NCBI GenBank assembly: GCA_030390025.1 | Contig: CM059432.1 | Span: forward strand, 63,924,001 to 63,988,000 | Reading direction: 5' to 3' | Source of the DNA: Squalus acanthias | Taxonomy: Eukaryota | Length of the DNA stretch: 64,000 nt | Shown: positions 34,517 through 45,695 of the stretch, piece after piece | Layout: each line of letters starts with the position of its first letter | Numbering within the stretch: position 1 is the stretch's first letter | Notes under the pieces: generated by a model | What the model was told of the DNA's origin: nothing | Database searches by the model: none | The model's input: the letters and a program-made list of their open reading frames with translations, nothing else | Program-made: the position numbers and the translations under genes

Positions 34517-36498
34517 CTATTCACCCTTGTGCAATCCCTTAGTGCCTCTTTTTACTGTGCCTTTACCTACTCTAGTGCTCCTACAAAGTGTAGGCCCAGT
34601 GGCTGCAACAGGGCTGGTGGAAGGCTGCTGAGTGTCCATGCGGGAGACTTCAGATGGCCTTGCAGGACACCCTCGACCAGCTCTGGGCCTGGAAGGCCTG
34701 GCTGTAGACTGCACCACCTCAGCATGGGCAGCAGCAGTCTCAGCTGGCTGGATGACAGGCAGTGACAAGGGCAATGGCGGAGTGGCAGTGGTGGGAGCAG
34801 GAATGCTGTCATCCTGAGAGAGGACAGCAGGTTTCTGCTCCACTGACCCACTGCCACTCGACCGGGGCAGCACCTCAGCAACCCTAGCAATCTCTTGGAG
34901 CACAGATTGCTGGCCTGTTGTGACACCGTGAAAGCCCCAGTCGACGATGGTAGACCCACCCACGATGGCAGCACTCAGAGCTTGTGTGGCATGAAGCCGA
35001 GACTGCATGAGAGCAGTCTGAGATTGGATGCCATCAAGCATAGACTACATTACAGCACTAAGATGTTGCGTCGCTTCCGCCTGAGCTGCAATGGAAGCTG
35101 CCAGATCGCCCATCACATGTGGCATCAGGTCTGGATCGCCACGGTCTCTCTGGGTGTCCACTATCCTTTGCAAACTGGAAATGATGGGCTCCATGGTGTG
35201 TGCAGAGCCTTGTGCAATGTTGGAAGTGGACTCCTCCACGCTCCTCATCATTGCCGAGAGGCTCTCAGGCACCCTTGCCATTGCACCTATCATCTCCGTG
35301 TGCATGCCCATCAACCTTCTACTAAATGCCTCCCCATCGAGGTCCTCATCTGAGTCCTGTGCAGCAGAACTCGCACGTGAACTCGCCCTCCAGGGAGCTG
35401 GCCCCTGAGCTACCCTTTCCCCCTGGCCTTGTTGCAGCCCGGTTGTTCCCGGTGCATCACCCTGTGCAGATCCCGCTACTATACTAGCCTCTAAAGAACG
35501 CGTAGTGCCAGTATCTGAGCTGGTGCCTGCGGGTGAGAGATGCAGTGACGCGGTGTCTTCTTTCTCATTCTCTTCTTCCTCCTCGCTCTCTATGGTGCCC
35601 TCAGGGACAGGTTGCTCAGGTGCTTGCTGATTATCTGAAAGCATAAAGGCACAAGAGGCGGGTTAAGGTGAGGGGAGGGGGGCAGGAAGGGAGAAATGCA
35701 TGCCTACAGCATGATTAGCTGGAAACTGCGAAACGCTTGTGGGGTGATGGGGTAGTGGGATGTGAGAAGAAACATAGAAACATAGAAACATAGAAAATAG
35801 GTGCAGGAGTAGACCATTCGGTCCTTCGAGCCTGCACCGCCATTCAATGCGTTCATGGCTGAACATGCTACCTCAGTACCCCATTCCTGAACATACCGTT
35901 GTTCTCCCCAAGGGGGTCAACGTCGCCGGTGGCCACGGTGCCCACCACCTGGCACCCGATAATCACCAGCACTCTATTTTCCAGCACAGACTGTGGTTGG
36001 GTGTCGGCTTGTCCCCCGTCTGTGCACTCCTGCTCCCACCTGTTGTGAGCCACCTTGGCCTGCGAGAGAGAGGAAAGTGTCTGAGTGAGTGTGGAGCAAT
36101 GTGTTTGGGTGATGTGCCTGCCATAGTTGAATAGCTGTCATTGTGTGCAAGGTGTGTGATGTGGGTGTGAGTGTTGGTAGGTAGACATTGTTGGTGGGTG
36201 AGTGCTGGGGTTGTGGTGCTTTGGGCAGTGTGTGAAGACTGTGGTTCAGGAGTGGTATGTAGCATTTGTTGAAGCATTCACTCACCCTGATCACCCGAGT
36301 GAGGTTGTTAAATTTCTTCCTGCACTGTGTGTGGGTTCACAGTGCTGCCCGAGACATGCTGCGGAAGACTTTCGGCGCGAGCCTCCTGCCACTTGCCAGG
36401 TAGAGCTCCGCCCTCCATCTCTCCACAGCAAACATCAACTCCTCCAATGCATGGTCGCTGAATCTGCGGGCTCTCTCCCTGGGGTGTGGATCTGCCAT
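34517..36498 (-). pseudogene. Harbinger second gene, Myb/SANT-like DNA-binding protein; predicted exons 36498-36286, 36059-35897, 35634-34517
   Basis: Exon 1 reads MADPHPRERARRFSDHALEELMFAV...QCRKKFNNLTRVIR (internally disrupted) with donor GTGAGT. Exon 2 AKVAHNRWEQECTDGG lies between TCGCAG and GTATGT. Exon 3 follows TTTCAG, is phase-compatible, and joins ORFs 35045-35644 and 34517-35041 across one TAG (35047-35045). Confidence 0.85.
35769..35889 (-). mobile_element. Short CR1 3'-tail fragment in intron 2 of the Myb/SANT-like gene
   Basis: (GAAACATA)n followed by GGTGCAGGAGTAGACCATTCGGTCCTTCGAGCC, the reverse complement of a tail like the one at 33990-34065. Confidence 0.85.
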
Positions 36499-37018
36499 GA
36501 GTACAGCTGCTTCAGTCCTCCAGCTCCTCCTCCTTGAACATCATCATTATCTTCTTCTTCTTCTTCTTCTTCTTGCTGAGGCAACTGCACAGCCAGCAAT
36601 GCTGAGAATGAGGTTCTGCAGCATCAATGAACCTCCCCTTTAAGTGCTGAAAAAAGCCTGTGGCAATGATGACTTGTGACTAGACAGCACCTGATATTGG
36701 TCCACCCTTTGAGTGTAATGCTAATGAGCTTGGGCTTAAAGACTTGAATTAGGACTCCAATCATTTCTTTGAGCAGTAAGCACAAATTTTGTGTGCAGTC
36801 TAAAGCATTAGTGCCTGGCGCCAATTCTCCAACTTTTCTAATGATACAGCTCATTCCTGGGCTATAATGAATTTATAGCCCTCAGTTTCAATGCGTATTC
36901 TGTATCACATTTTTACTGGGATGTTCGTAAGAGTTAACGTGACATGAGTGGAAGGGTAAGGATTTCCGATCCCACATACAAAGGGAACTTCTCTCTTGTG
37001 ATTTAGGCTGTGAAGGCT

Positions 37019-37087
37019 GAACATGCTGGAAATACTCAGCAGGTTAGGCAGCATCTGTGGAGAGAGAAACAGAGTTAATGCTTCAGA
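37019..37087 (-). mobile_element. Penelope-like 3'-end fragment, same family as 45696-45830
   Basis: GCTGGAAATACTCAGCAGGTTAGGCAGCATCTGTGGAGAGAGAAACAGAGTTAA closely matches 45747-45800. Confidence 0.75.
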
Positions 37088-37599
37088 TTTGTTTTGTTTT
37101 GTTTTGTGTGGATGAGGAAATGTTTGAACCTACTGTCCATTTTTGCACTTCAAATTCAGCACAAAGCCAGGTCGTACTGCCCCCAGTAAAATTTACATAT
37201 TCTTGCACTCTGCGGAGCTGGCCATCATCCACCATGATTCCATTTCAATGCACACACTCCGTTGCTCCACATGGGCAGTATTGGTGTAAAGCTGAATCAT
37301 TTTGATTCCTCTGCTGATTCGAGGTGAAGGAACCAAGCAGAGTGCAGCAGGCAGCGAGCGAACCAAAAAACTGGCGATCGCAAGAAGAATTGACAAGGGG
37401 CTATTTTAAAACAATCAACTGATTGTTAGCAGGTTGGAAGCCATTGTCTTCTTACCTTTAATTCCATTTTAGGCTCCTTTGAGATTACAATTTCCACACA
37501 TGCCAACCGTCACCATTTTTCGCTGCCGGTCAGCATTAAAAATCTAGTGTACACTTGTCTGTGTTAAATTTTGAAAATCAGGGCTGCCACCTCTGACCT

Positions 37600-37732
37600 A
37601 AATGAGGAGTCGCACAACACCAGGTTATAGTCCAACAGTTTAATTTAAATAAAACTGTTGGACTATAACCTGGTGTTGTGCGACTCCTCATTTTTGTCCA
37701 CCCCAGTCCAACACCGGCATCTCCGCATCATG
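37600..37732. mobile_element. Miniature fold-back Penelope-like insertion: 42-bp perfect inverted repeat plus 3' tail
   Basis: Arms 37600-37641 and 37652-37693. Sequence matches the ends of element 53380-54753. Direct repeat ACCTCTGACCTAAA at 37589-37602 and 37733-37746. Confidence 0.9.
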
Positions 37733-38432
37733 ACCTCTGACCTAAACTGGTGACGCTCCAATTTTACTCAGCATGCAGTCACCTCCCATGTTCATCATAC
37801 TAGATGGGCAATTTGGAGAAATGTTTTGGAATCATGTGTTATGTGTGCCAGAATTGAAGTGGCCGAGGACAAAATCTAAGGCAAACTACCCATGTACATC
37901 AGCAACTTTGCACAGATTACTGAGAGCTATTTTGTTGTAACTGGGTAGTTATCTTATATGCTATAAAATAAACTAGTTTTAGAATGTAAAAATTGAGATA
38001 AAGGGCCATTTTATACAGAACTCTGGCACTTTAATCCAGGTGCAGCAAATGAAACTACGTAGGCTGATTGAGAGGAGCTGCACCAGGTGCAATGGCATTG
38101 CTCTCTCCAGTTAGGGCAACTTTTGTTTGTCTCACAACCAGTTTATTTCCTTTAAACTTTTATAATGTAGAAAGCACACAGTACTAGGTGGACACTTAAA
38201 ATTGACTCCAATTTAGATCCAGGACCCTGGCACATAACATGCTTCACAGGTATGTTTGTTAGACACAGTGACAAATTTGGAGCGCAGGATTTCTGGCACA
38301 TATAACAGCAGCCAGGTCAGATTGTATGAAAAAAGGCCCGTTCTCTCACATTTCTACATTCATAATAATAATAATACTGCTTACCTGTTACAGACTACAC
38401 TGAGTTGGACAGTTGAATTTCTTACTGGGTTA

Positions 38433-39490
38433 GGCCTGGAATTTCCTCGTGGCTGGTCCCACTCCAGCCACCGCTGTAACTTCGCAGAACCGCACTTCCG
38501 ATTAAGTTACGGTGGGAAGGTGGGACCAGCTCCAAGGAAATTGCAGGCAGTTTCTCTAAGTGGGAGGCAGGGAATGGCTGAGAACCTGCCCACAGAAGGC
38601 AAGCTGGAACTGCGAAGTCCCAAGCACCAGGCAGGCAGGCAGGTGGGTATGGTATGATGGTAGGAGCAGGACGCTGGAAGATTTTTTTCTCCAGTAGCTG
38701 TCACGATTAAAAGTACATTGGCCGGCCTAGAATTTCCTGTCAAATTATGCCCTAAAACTGATGTAATTGGGGTGTATTGCCGTTCCTGGTACAAAAGATC
38801 GAGAAGGTTCAGGCTTAACTAACTTACCGTGGTTCTTATATTACGGACGAATTTCCTCAATTATTTGCGAAAATCATGAGGGGTCTGGAAAGTGTAGCTA
38901 GAGAGAAACTGTTCCCATTGGCAGAAGGATCGAGAACCAGAGGACACAGATTTAAGGTGATTGGCAAAAGAACCAAAGGCGACGTAAGAAAAAACTTTTT
39001 TACGCAGCAGCAGGTGGTTAAGATCTGGAATGCACTGCCTGAAAGGGTGGTGGAGGCAGACTCAATCTTATCTTTCAAAAGGGAGTTGGATAAGTATCTG
39101 AAGGAAAAAAAATTGCAGGGCTATGGGGAAAGGGCGGGGGAGTGGGACTAGCTGAGAGTTGGCACGGGCTCGACGGGCCGAAAGGTTCACTTCCGTGCTG
39201 TAACCATTCTATGAAACCTTCCTCCAGACCCTATCCAGCTCGTCAGAATAGCCCCAACCCCCTATCTGAAATAGCGTCCAACTCAAATGTCCTTAATGTA
39301 CACAGGTTCAATGCTTATTTTGAAACTGAGTTATAAATAAGCATTGCACGACAGAGCGAGGGGACAGACTGAAAGGAGGTGAGGCGATAGGATTTTTCTT
39401 CATAAAACTCGAAGAACCCGACTTCAGCAGGGATTCTAAAAAGGCCAAGTCGCTTCACATCAGAAAGCTGGGCTGCAACAAATCTACCCC
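38433..39490. mobile_element. Possible degenerate Harbinger-type MITE(s) hosting a CR1 fragment
   Basis: TTA then GGCCTGGAATTTCC at 38433; AAATCTACCCC at 39480-39490; a second TIR-like motif near 38724. The boundaries do not pair cleanly. Confidence 0.4.
38858..39215 (+). mobile_element. CR1 3'-end fragment
   Basis: ORF 38876-39151 (EKLFPLAEGSRTRGHRFKV...WNALPERVVEA) is a CR1 ORF2 C-terminus, followed by a 3' UTR. Confidence 0.92.
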
Positions 39491-40559
39491 AGGCCTTTAC
39501 TTACACTGCCCATATAAACTGTGAGAAATGAAACACTGAACCCACCAGACTCATCTATCTTACAAGCACTGCTAATGACACATTTAAGAGCATTTTAAAT
39601 CTCTAAAGAAAATGTTCCTGATTGACAAATGGCTTTGGTTACTTTCCAACACTTTAAAATCCGTGCACATTTTTGAGTTGCCATTATTGCAGTGGAGTGA
39701 GCGATATTTTCATCATGTACTGTTTTCATGGTCTCCACATTCATTTTCTTGTAATTGGGAAGCCTTTCAAAACCATTCCATCGGATTTAATTATCGCTTA
39801 GTTACAGACTTAGCTGTAATACCTTCCCAGTACAAAGTCGTTACTCAGTACAGTAAGAGTGACCAGCATTTGGCAGTCCAATTCTTCTGTATCCAATACT
39901 AGTGAAATTAAGTTTGAAATGAACAGGTATAATAATAATTTATATAACATTTTTATAGAGATGGTATAGAGAGGTCAGATAACGGACCTCTTCAATGATG
40001 GTACAATTTTATCATCTACTCCAATAGAATAGTTAAAAAAGCTTAAATGGGGTAGGAAATTCGACCAGGTTTCAAACTGTTGAACCAACAACCTGGATTA
40101 AAGGACACTTCAAAACTTTAAACATGGATCACAAAAAGCCAGCCTTTAATGAGCTAATTTCAGGTGAATGTTACAATGGGACATCAAACACTTTGTGGCA
40201 GGAGTTTGAGGAATAGATGAACAGTTAATTAAAACATTTATTGAATGTAAGTGAGGCCCCTTCATTCTCCAATTCAAAGAAATGTTGAATTTGTTTATTG
40301 TTAAATAGACACACCTCAGAAATATTTGTATACTACAATTTTTAATAATGACGCAATATTTTAAAGACAACTTTTCTGAACTTCTTTGCACATATATGGG
40401 GCAAACACTACTATTATTGTTTCATCTGAATAACAATATGAGAATATAAATCCAATATATTCAAGTATGTGTTGTGAGAGAAAATAAAAGTATTTTCGTA
40501 ATAGAATAAGATAGCAATTGTCATACTGAATGTTTTTTTTCCCAAAACGTAAAAATGTT

Positions 40560-43100
40560 TTATTTTCAGCACAGTCGCCGTTATAGTGTGAAAATCACGA
40601 GTTAGTCGCATGCAAATCTCATGGAAATACTGCAAATCGGCCGGGATTACTCAACATTACTACTGCCCATCACAGGAGGAGAGGGGCGCTGTCGAAGACT
40701 GGCTAGATGCACAAGCAACAACTTTACACAGTATCGCAGCGAGAGATGTTCCAAGTAACTCCCAGATGGCTGGGGAAGAGGGAGGGGGAGAAATACTGCA
40801 AAGGTCATCTGTTGGTAAGGTACAAAGGGGACATGCCACATTAAGAAACAAGGTCGTGTTTTCAGCGAGGTAAATGCGCGACCTCCCTGGTCACCTAAAG
40901 ACCTGGCACATTAGTGCCTGGAGTCAGTGTGGGACCCTCAGGGTTTGCCTCACACAACAGTCAATCTGCTTCCGAGCATTTGCATTGCTGGGACATTCAT
41001 TATTTACCTCCCACATGGAGTTACACGGAAATGTCAGATCTACTCTAGGTTCAAAGCACTTGTCTCGCATTCCAATTACTTCGCATTTTGTTTTTTTCCA
41101 CGAAATTATAACATTTTGGTTCAGATACACTGGATGCCACTTAATAAGTAATTTGGATTAATTGTTTTTGGGGAGTTGCAAGTTTCCTTTATAATTTGAT
41201 GTTATTTAAAAAAAAATCCCCGTTATAACCAACCTTTGCTTTGACAGAAAATGGGCTACACCGCCATAAAGTGCGATTGCAATATCGCACAACAGCACTG
41301 TAATACGCTGCGACATGATAGAGCTTCGACTCAGTGTTGTGCGGCTGTGTATTGAGTCCCAGCGCTGAGTGGCGGTGTCACATCACTCAGACTGCTGCTC
41401 TCCGCAGCCTCAGCCAGCCATCTCATTCACAGAAGTCTTGCTGATTCACTGCTTCGTGCAGTCACACAAGGGGGTGGGGAAAAACACACAGGCAACACAT
41501 TAAAAAAAACAATCGGTATAAAACAGCTCCAATCGCACCCTTCAGGTGGTCACCAGACTATGGAGAAAGAAAGATAAGTTGTAGGGCTCTTCCATACTGC
41601 TGATTTTCGCCAACTGCCGCTGCTTCGCAAGTAAAACTAATCCGACTGCACCAAGGTCTATCTCATCGCTGGCTTTGCATTGGGGATTGCGTTGAAGAAA
41701 TGTAACAGAGCTTTTCATTTTGGGGAACATCGTCCCGGGTTACGTTGGAGCCCACGGCTACTATGATTTAACCACAGCTGGGAGAGGCTGCCAGCCCGAG
41801 TTACTGTGCAGTAAGTTGCCACCGACTGTCGGTGTACGGAGATGGACCTCGGGAGCGCTATTCGGGGCAGGGTGTAGAAGTCAAAAAGCCCGCAGTCCGA
41901 TCCAGATACGGGTTGGAGGTCTCCCTGCGACCCGGTGCATCAGCGACTGGCGTCAGAGCAACACCTGTTACCCACACATCAGGTAAGATGTTTATACTGA
42001 CAGGACTTTGTCCGCCTCATAACTGCCTGTATGCTGTGGTTAATGATGTGCGATGGGCATTTATCGTTTAAATTGAAGCAGCCCCGCTCGCCCTTTGGGT
42101 CTAAACTCACTGATATTTGCGAGTGTGGCGGTGCGCGGTAGCGAGCCTGAGAAGAAAGACTTTTGGATCTTTCACCCACGATTTAAAGAGAATCTCGATA
42201 CGCAATGCTTCACTTGCGAATGTCAAACTTTTCACTGGGAGGAGAAGCAATGTGTGTGCAGCACAATCCGACTTAAATACACTTGACTTTGAGATTTCAA
42301 TCATTGGATCTGCTGAACAGAAGTGAAGAGTAAGGCAGGGCGGCTGTGTAATGGACAATGATCAGTTTCCAGATGTTTAGCTGCACCGCGCTTACAATAT
42401 TGTTTTAAATCGGCTAGTGGATGGAAACAGCCACTTTTATAATTATGCGGGACCAGAGACCTCTCACATATGTGGGGCGCGAGCACGTACATTGCTGTTT
42501 GCTGTGTGTGTGTTTTAAATGCACGAGTCATGATTTATAGCTTCCGAAACACAGAGGCTGCAGAAACCCCACCGAATTGAAGAAATGTACCGAAATCCAG
42601 GCTGCGGCTCTGTATTTGGGCGCCTGGGGGCCACTACAATGTTGATGTCAGTATGACATTCACTGTTGTGTGGATGATGTAGATTTTCACAGTTTTCACG
42701 CACAGTTTCTGTGGGAAATATCGTTTCGAACGATCTCGACTTGTGACAGCCGTTCAAGAAGAAACAACACTTGCAGGGACCTGTGGCCTGATACAGGCAT
42801 TTCCGTTATTGACCTGAATAATTCACCAGGGCTCTCGGCGTGAATAAGTAAAGGTGTCAAAAATAACAAAATACAAAGGTTGTCATGTTTGCTTTCCGTT
42901 GTAATAGATTGCGGGCACCTGGTTTAACGTGTCCTGGTTGCTGTTTGTTTATTGAGGTCTGTTAATAATGGGAAGAGCGACATTGCGATGGATCAAACCA
43001 TTCCGCTTCGCATCCCAAACCAGAGCCAGTTGTCGATAAAGGGAGACGGAGAACGTTGGCATCTCTTTATTAGTTAGTCTGCCTCTGCTTTTCTTTATGA
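40560..43100 (+). promoter_or_regulatory. CpG-enriched unique region; candidate promoter and non-coding first exon ending at donor 41982/41983
   Basis: Visibly more CpG than the flanks, no recognisable repeat, strong donor CAG|GTAAGA, octamer ATGCAAAT at 40610-40617. No recognisable protein. Confidence 0.45.
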
Positions 43101-43527
43101 AGGGTTAATGTTCCCTGTCGTACAGTTTAGAAAGAAGGAAATGGCTCGGAGAGAGAATGAGGTACTTAGTTCCACATTAATAATGTGTGCAAGGTTTCTA
43201 ACGTTAACTGGGACCAGCAGGAAGCTGGTAGACAGTTTCATGAATTGAAGAAGGTTTCTCATCATAAAGCTGCCTCTTCCTTCTCCAAAACTTCACTACA
43301 GTTTTCAGTTTTCTTGCTGTGTGTGCCAGATTCTCAGTAACGTCTAGGAGGCGACAAGGAGCCGCTTTCACCGTCTCGCAAGTGGCAATGGGCTTTCAAC
43401 TCGCAGAAACTTACATTCTCTGGCTAAATTTACAGCAGATACAGATAAGGTGTTTACATAGCACCTTATTCTATCCTCAGGACCACCTAAAACACTTGTC
43501 ATCAATGAGCTACTTTTGAAGTGTAGT

Positions 43528-44372
43528 CATAGGAACCAGAGTAGGTCATTCAGCCCTTGGAGTCTGCTCCGCCATTCAATCCGATCATGGCTGATCTTTA
43601 CCTCAACTCCATTTACCCACCTTTGATCCATATTCTTGCCTAAATGTCCTTACCTAACAAAAATCTATCAATCTCAGTCTTGAAAATTCCAATTAGCCCA
43701 GCATCTACAGCCTTTTGGGGAGGGAATTCCACATTTCCACTACCCTTTATGTAAAAAAAATGCTTCCTGCTTTCACTCCTGAATGGCATTAGCTCTAATT
43801 TTAAGATTATGCCCTCTTGATCTAGATTCCCACACCAGAGGAAACAGTTTCTCTGTATCCGCACTAACTAAATCAATCATTAGATCATCCCTCAACCTTC
43901 TAAACTCAAGCGAATACAAGCTAAGTTTATCCAACCTGTCCTCATACTTTAACTATTTTAAGTCCTGGCATCATTCTAGTGAATCTGGGTTGTATATCTT
44001 TCCTGAGGTTTGGTGCCCAAAACTGAACACAGTATTCCAGATGGGGTCTGACCAAGACTCTGTACAACTGAAGCATCACTTCTTCACTTTGGAATTCCAA
44101 TTTCCTTGAGATTAGCCGTTTTGATTACATTTTGTATCTGTGCACTAACTTTTAGTGATTTTTGTACATGGACACCTTTGCTTCTCCGCAGCTCCTAGTC
44201 TCTCACCATTAAGGAAATATTCTGATTTGTCTTTCTTGTATCCAAAGTGGAAGACCTTCCACTTCCACACATTGAACACCATTTGCCACAGTGTTGCCCA
44301 CTCACTTAATCTGTTTATGTCCCTTTGTAACTTCCTGCTCCCATTTGCACAATTTACTGTGCCTCCTAACTT
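43528..44372 (-). mobile_element. Degenerate CR1 3' portion inserted into an older Deu-type SINE remnant (about 43445-43527 and 44479-44545)
   Basis: Minus ORFs contain KLGGTVNC...LQRDINRLSEWATLWQMVFNV and IFKTEIDRFLLGKDI. CR1 tail at 43528-43600. The flanks resemble the SINE at 54861-55040. Confidence 0.88.
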
Positions 44373-45487
44373 AGGACATCGATAGGGTAGAAGAATAGAC
44401 AGATGCAATTCAATGTAGGAAAATGTGAAGTAATATATTTTGGAAGTAAGAATAGTGATTTAATGTGCCTCCTAACTTGGTAATATAGACACAACATAAT
44501 CTCACAAGGAGCAAATAAAATGAATGACCAGTTAATTTGGATCAGGAAGAACTTTACAGAGTATTTTCAGGTTTCAATTTCAATTTTGAAGGTCCTAAAG
44601 TCTTGCTATTTACCAATTGAACCCATACAATTGTTGCAATTACTGTAGGTCACCAGGGATTGGATAAATATCATGACCACTATCATCCACATCACAGTCT
44701 ACCAAGACTACCAGAGAACATGAATATATACCCATCAATAGACTGCAAGGAATTCAAAGAGAGCTTGTCTATGTTTTGGAGAGGGTGAGTGCAACAGTAT
44801 TGATGTGATGCTGTTACACAATTGATGCAATTCTTTTTTCCCTGACAGGGTGTTACACAAATGACATTATTATATAATACTGCCTCACTCACTAGAAGCA
44901 TGTATTGGAAATTTGACATAAAATGTATGATTTTCCAACAATTTGGTCAGAAAAATCATGTGGACTGCACCCCTGAATTTCTGATATGCCCCCTGAGAGT
45001 GCAAAATCAGAAAAATACCTCTTGTGTCTACATGAAAAGAAAGTTTCCGTCCTAAGCTTTAGTGGTGTCCATTAGATACGTACCTCACTCAACACCATAA
45101 GGGACTCGATACCCACAACACTGTTCCCCACCCCAACCACTACCACTGACAGACAAGGAGCAAATACTCCATTGATGACCTTGGCAAATCCCACCAATGG
45201 CTTGACAAATATTGATGGTAAGTTACTGAGAAGTTGCAAGTACAAATTTGTATTCTACCATTCAGTAGTATTACAAAGCTAAGTACAGATGAGGGAGCCA
45301 ATTTGGCCCATCTATGCCATCCTCCAATTGAAAGCTAAATTTCCAATCACAGCATCGAACTGTCAAACCCCCAGGATTGTCCTGCATTCTCCAGGAATTA
45401 AAGATTAATCTGTGAGCAACTAGGGAGAAAAACCATAGAGGCTTTAAAGAAAATGTTGTGTTTTTTTATTTTCTTTGTACACTGTGT

Positions 45488-45695
45488 GTCAGCCATGGCT
45501 CAGTTGGTAGCACCCTTGCCTCTGAGTCAGAACGTTGTCACTCCAGAGACTTGAGCACAAAAATCTAGGCTGACATTTCCGTGTAGGTGCTGTCTTTCGG
45601 ATGAGATGTTAAACCAAGGCCCTGTCTGCTCTCTCAGGTGGACGTAAAAGATCCCATGGCACTATTTCCAAGAAAGCAGGGGAATTATCCCTGGT
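45488..45695 (+). mobile_element. Deu-domain SINE (SacSINE1/AmnSINE1-like), 5' half, cut by a Penelope-like element
   Basis: tRNA-like head GTCAGCCATGGCTCAGTTGGTAGC and core GTCTTTCGGATGAGATGTTAAACC...GGTGGACGTAAAAGATCCCATGGCACTATTT. Homologous to 54861-56227 and 61870-62000. Confidence 0.8.

Larger units (their letters stand above)
28217..36881. mobile_element. Decayed autonomous-type PIF/Harbinger DNA transposon (transposase plus Myb/SANT-like gene, convergent) carrying nested insertions
   Basis: Two-gene layout typical of Harbinger. Left end GGGGGAGGAATTC follows TAA (28214-28216). The putative right end GAATTTATAGCCC is followed by TCA; it is degenerate and less certain. GC-rich subterminal TTAGCGCC/GGCGCTAA-like motifs occur at both ends. 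Confidence 0.85.

Noticed and set aside
37090..37400. Possible host exon on the minus strand (MVDDGQLRRVQEYVNF..., donor-like GTAGGT near 37133)
   Set aside because: No recognisable homology, stops nearby in the frames examined, and no supporting partner exon.
37600..37693. Stand-alone miRNA gene or terminator hairpin
   Set aside because: Sequence matches Penelope termini elsewhere in the window and has a TSD.
41720..42071. Coding ORFs in the CpG-rich region
   Set aside because: Non-ATG starts, short, no recognisable domain; more consistent with 5' UTR and intron.
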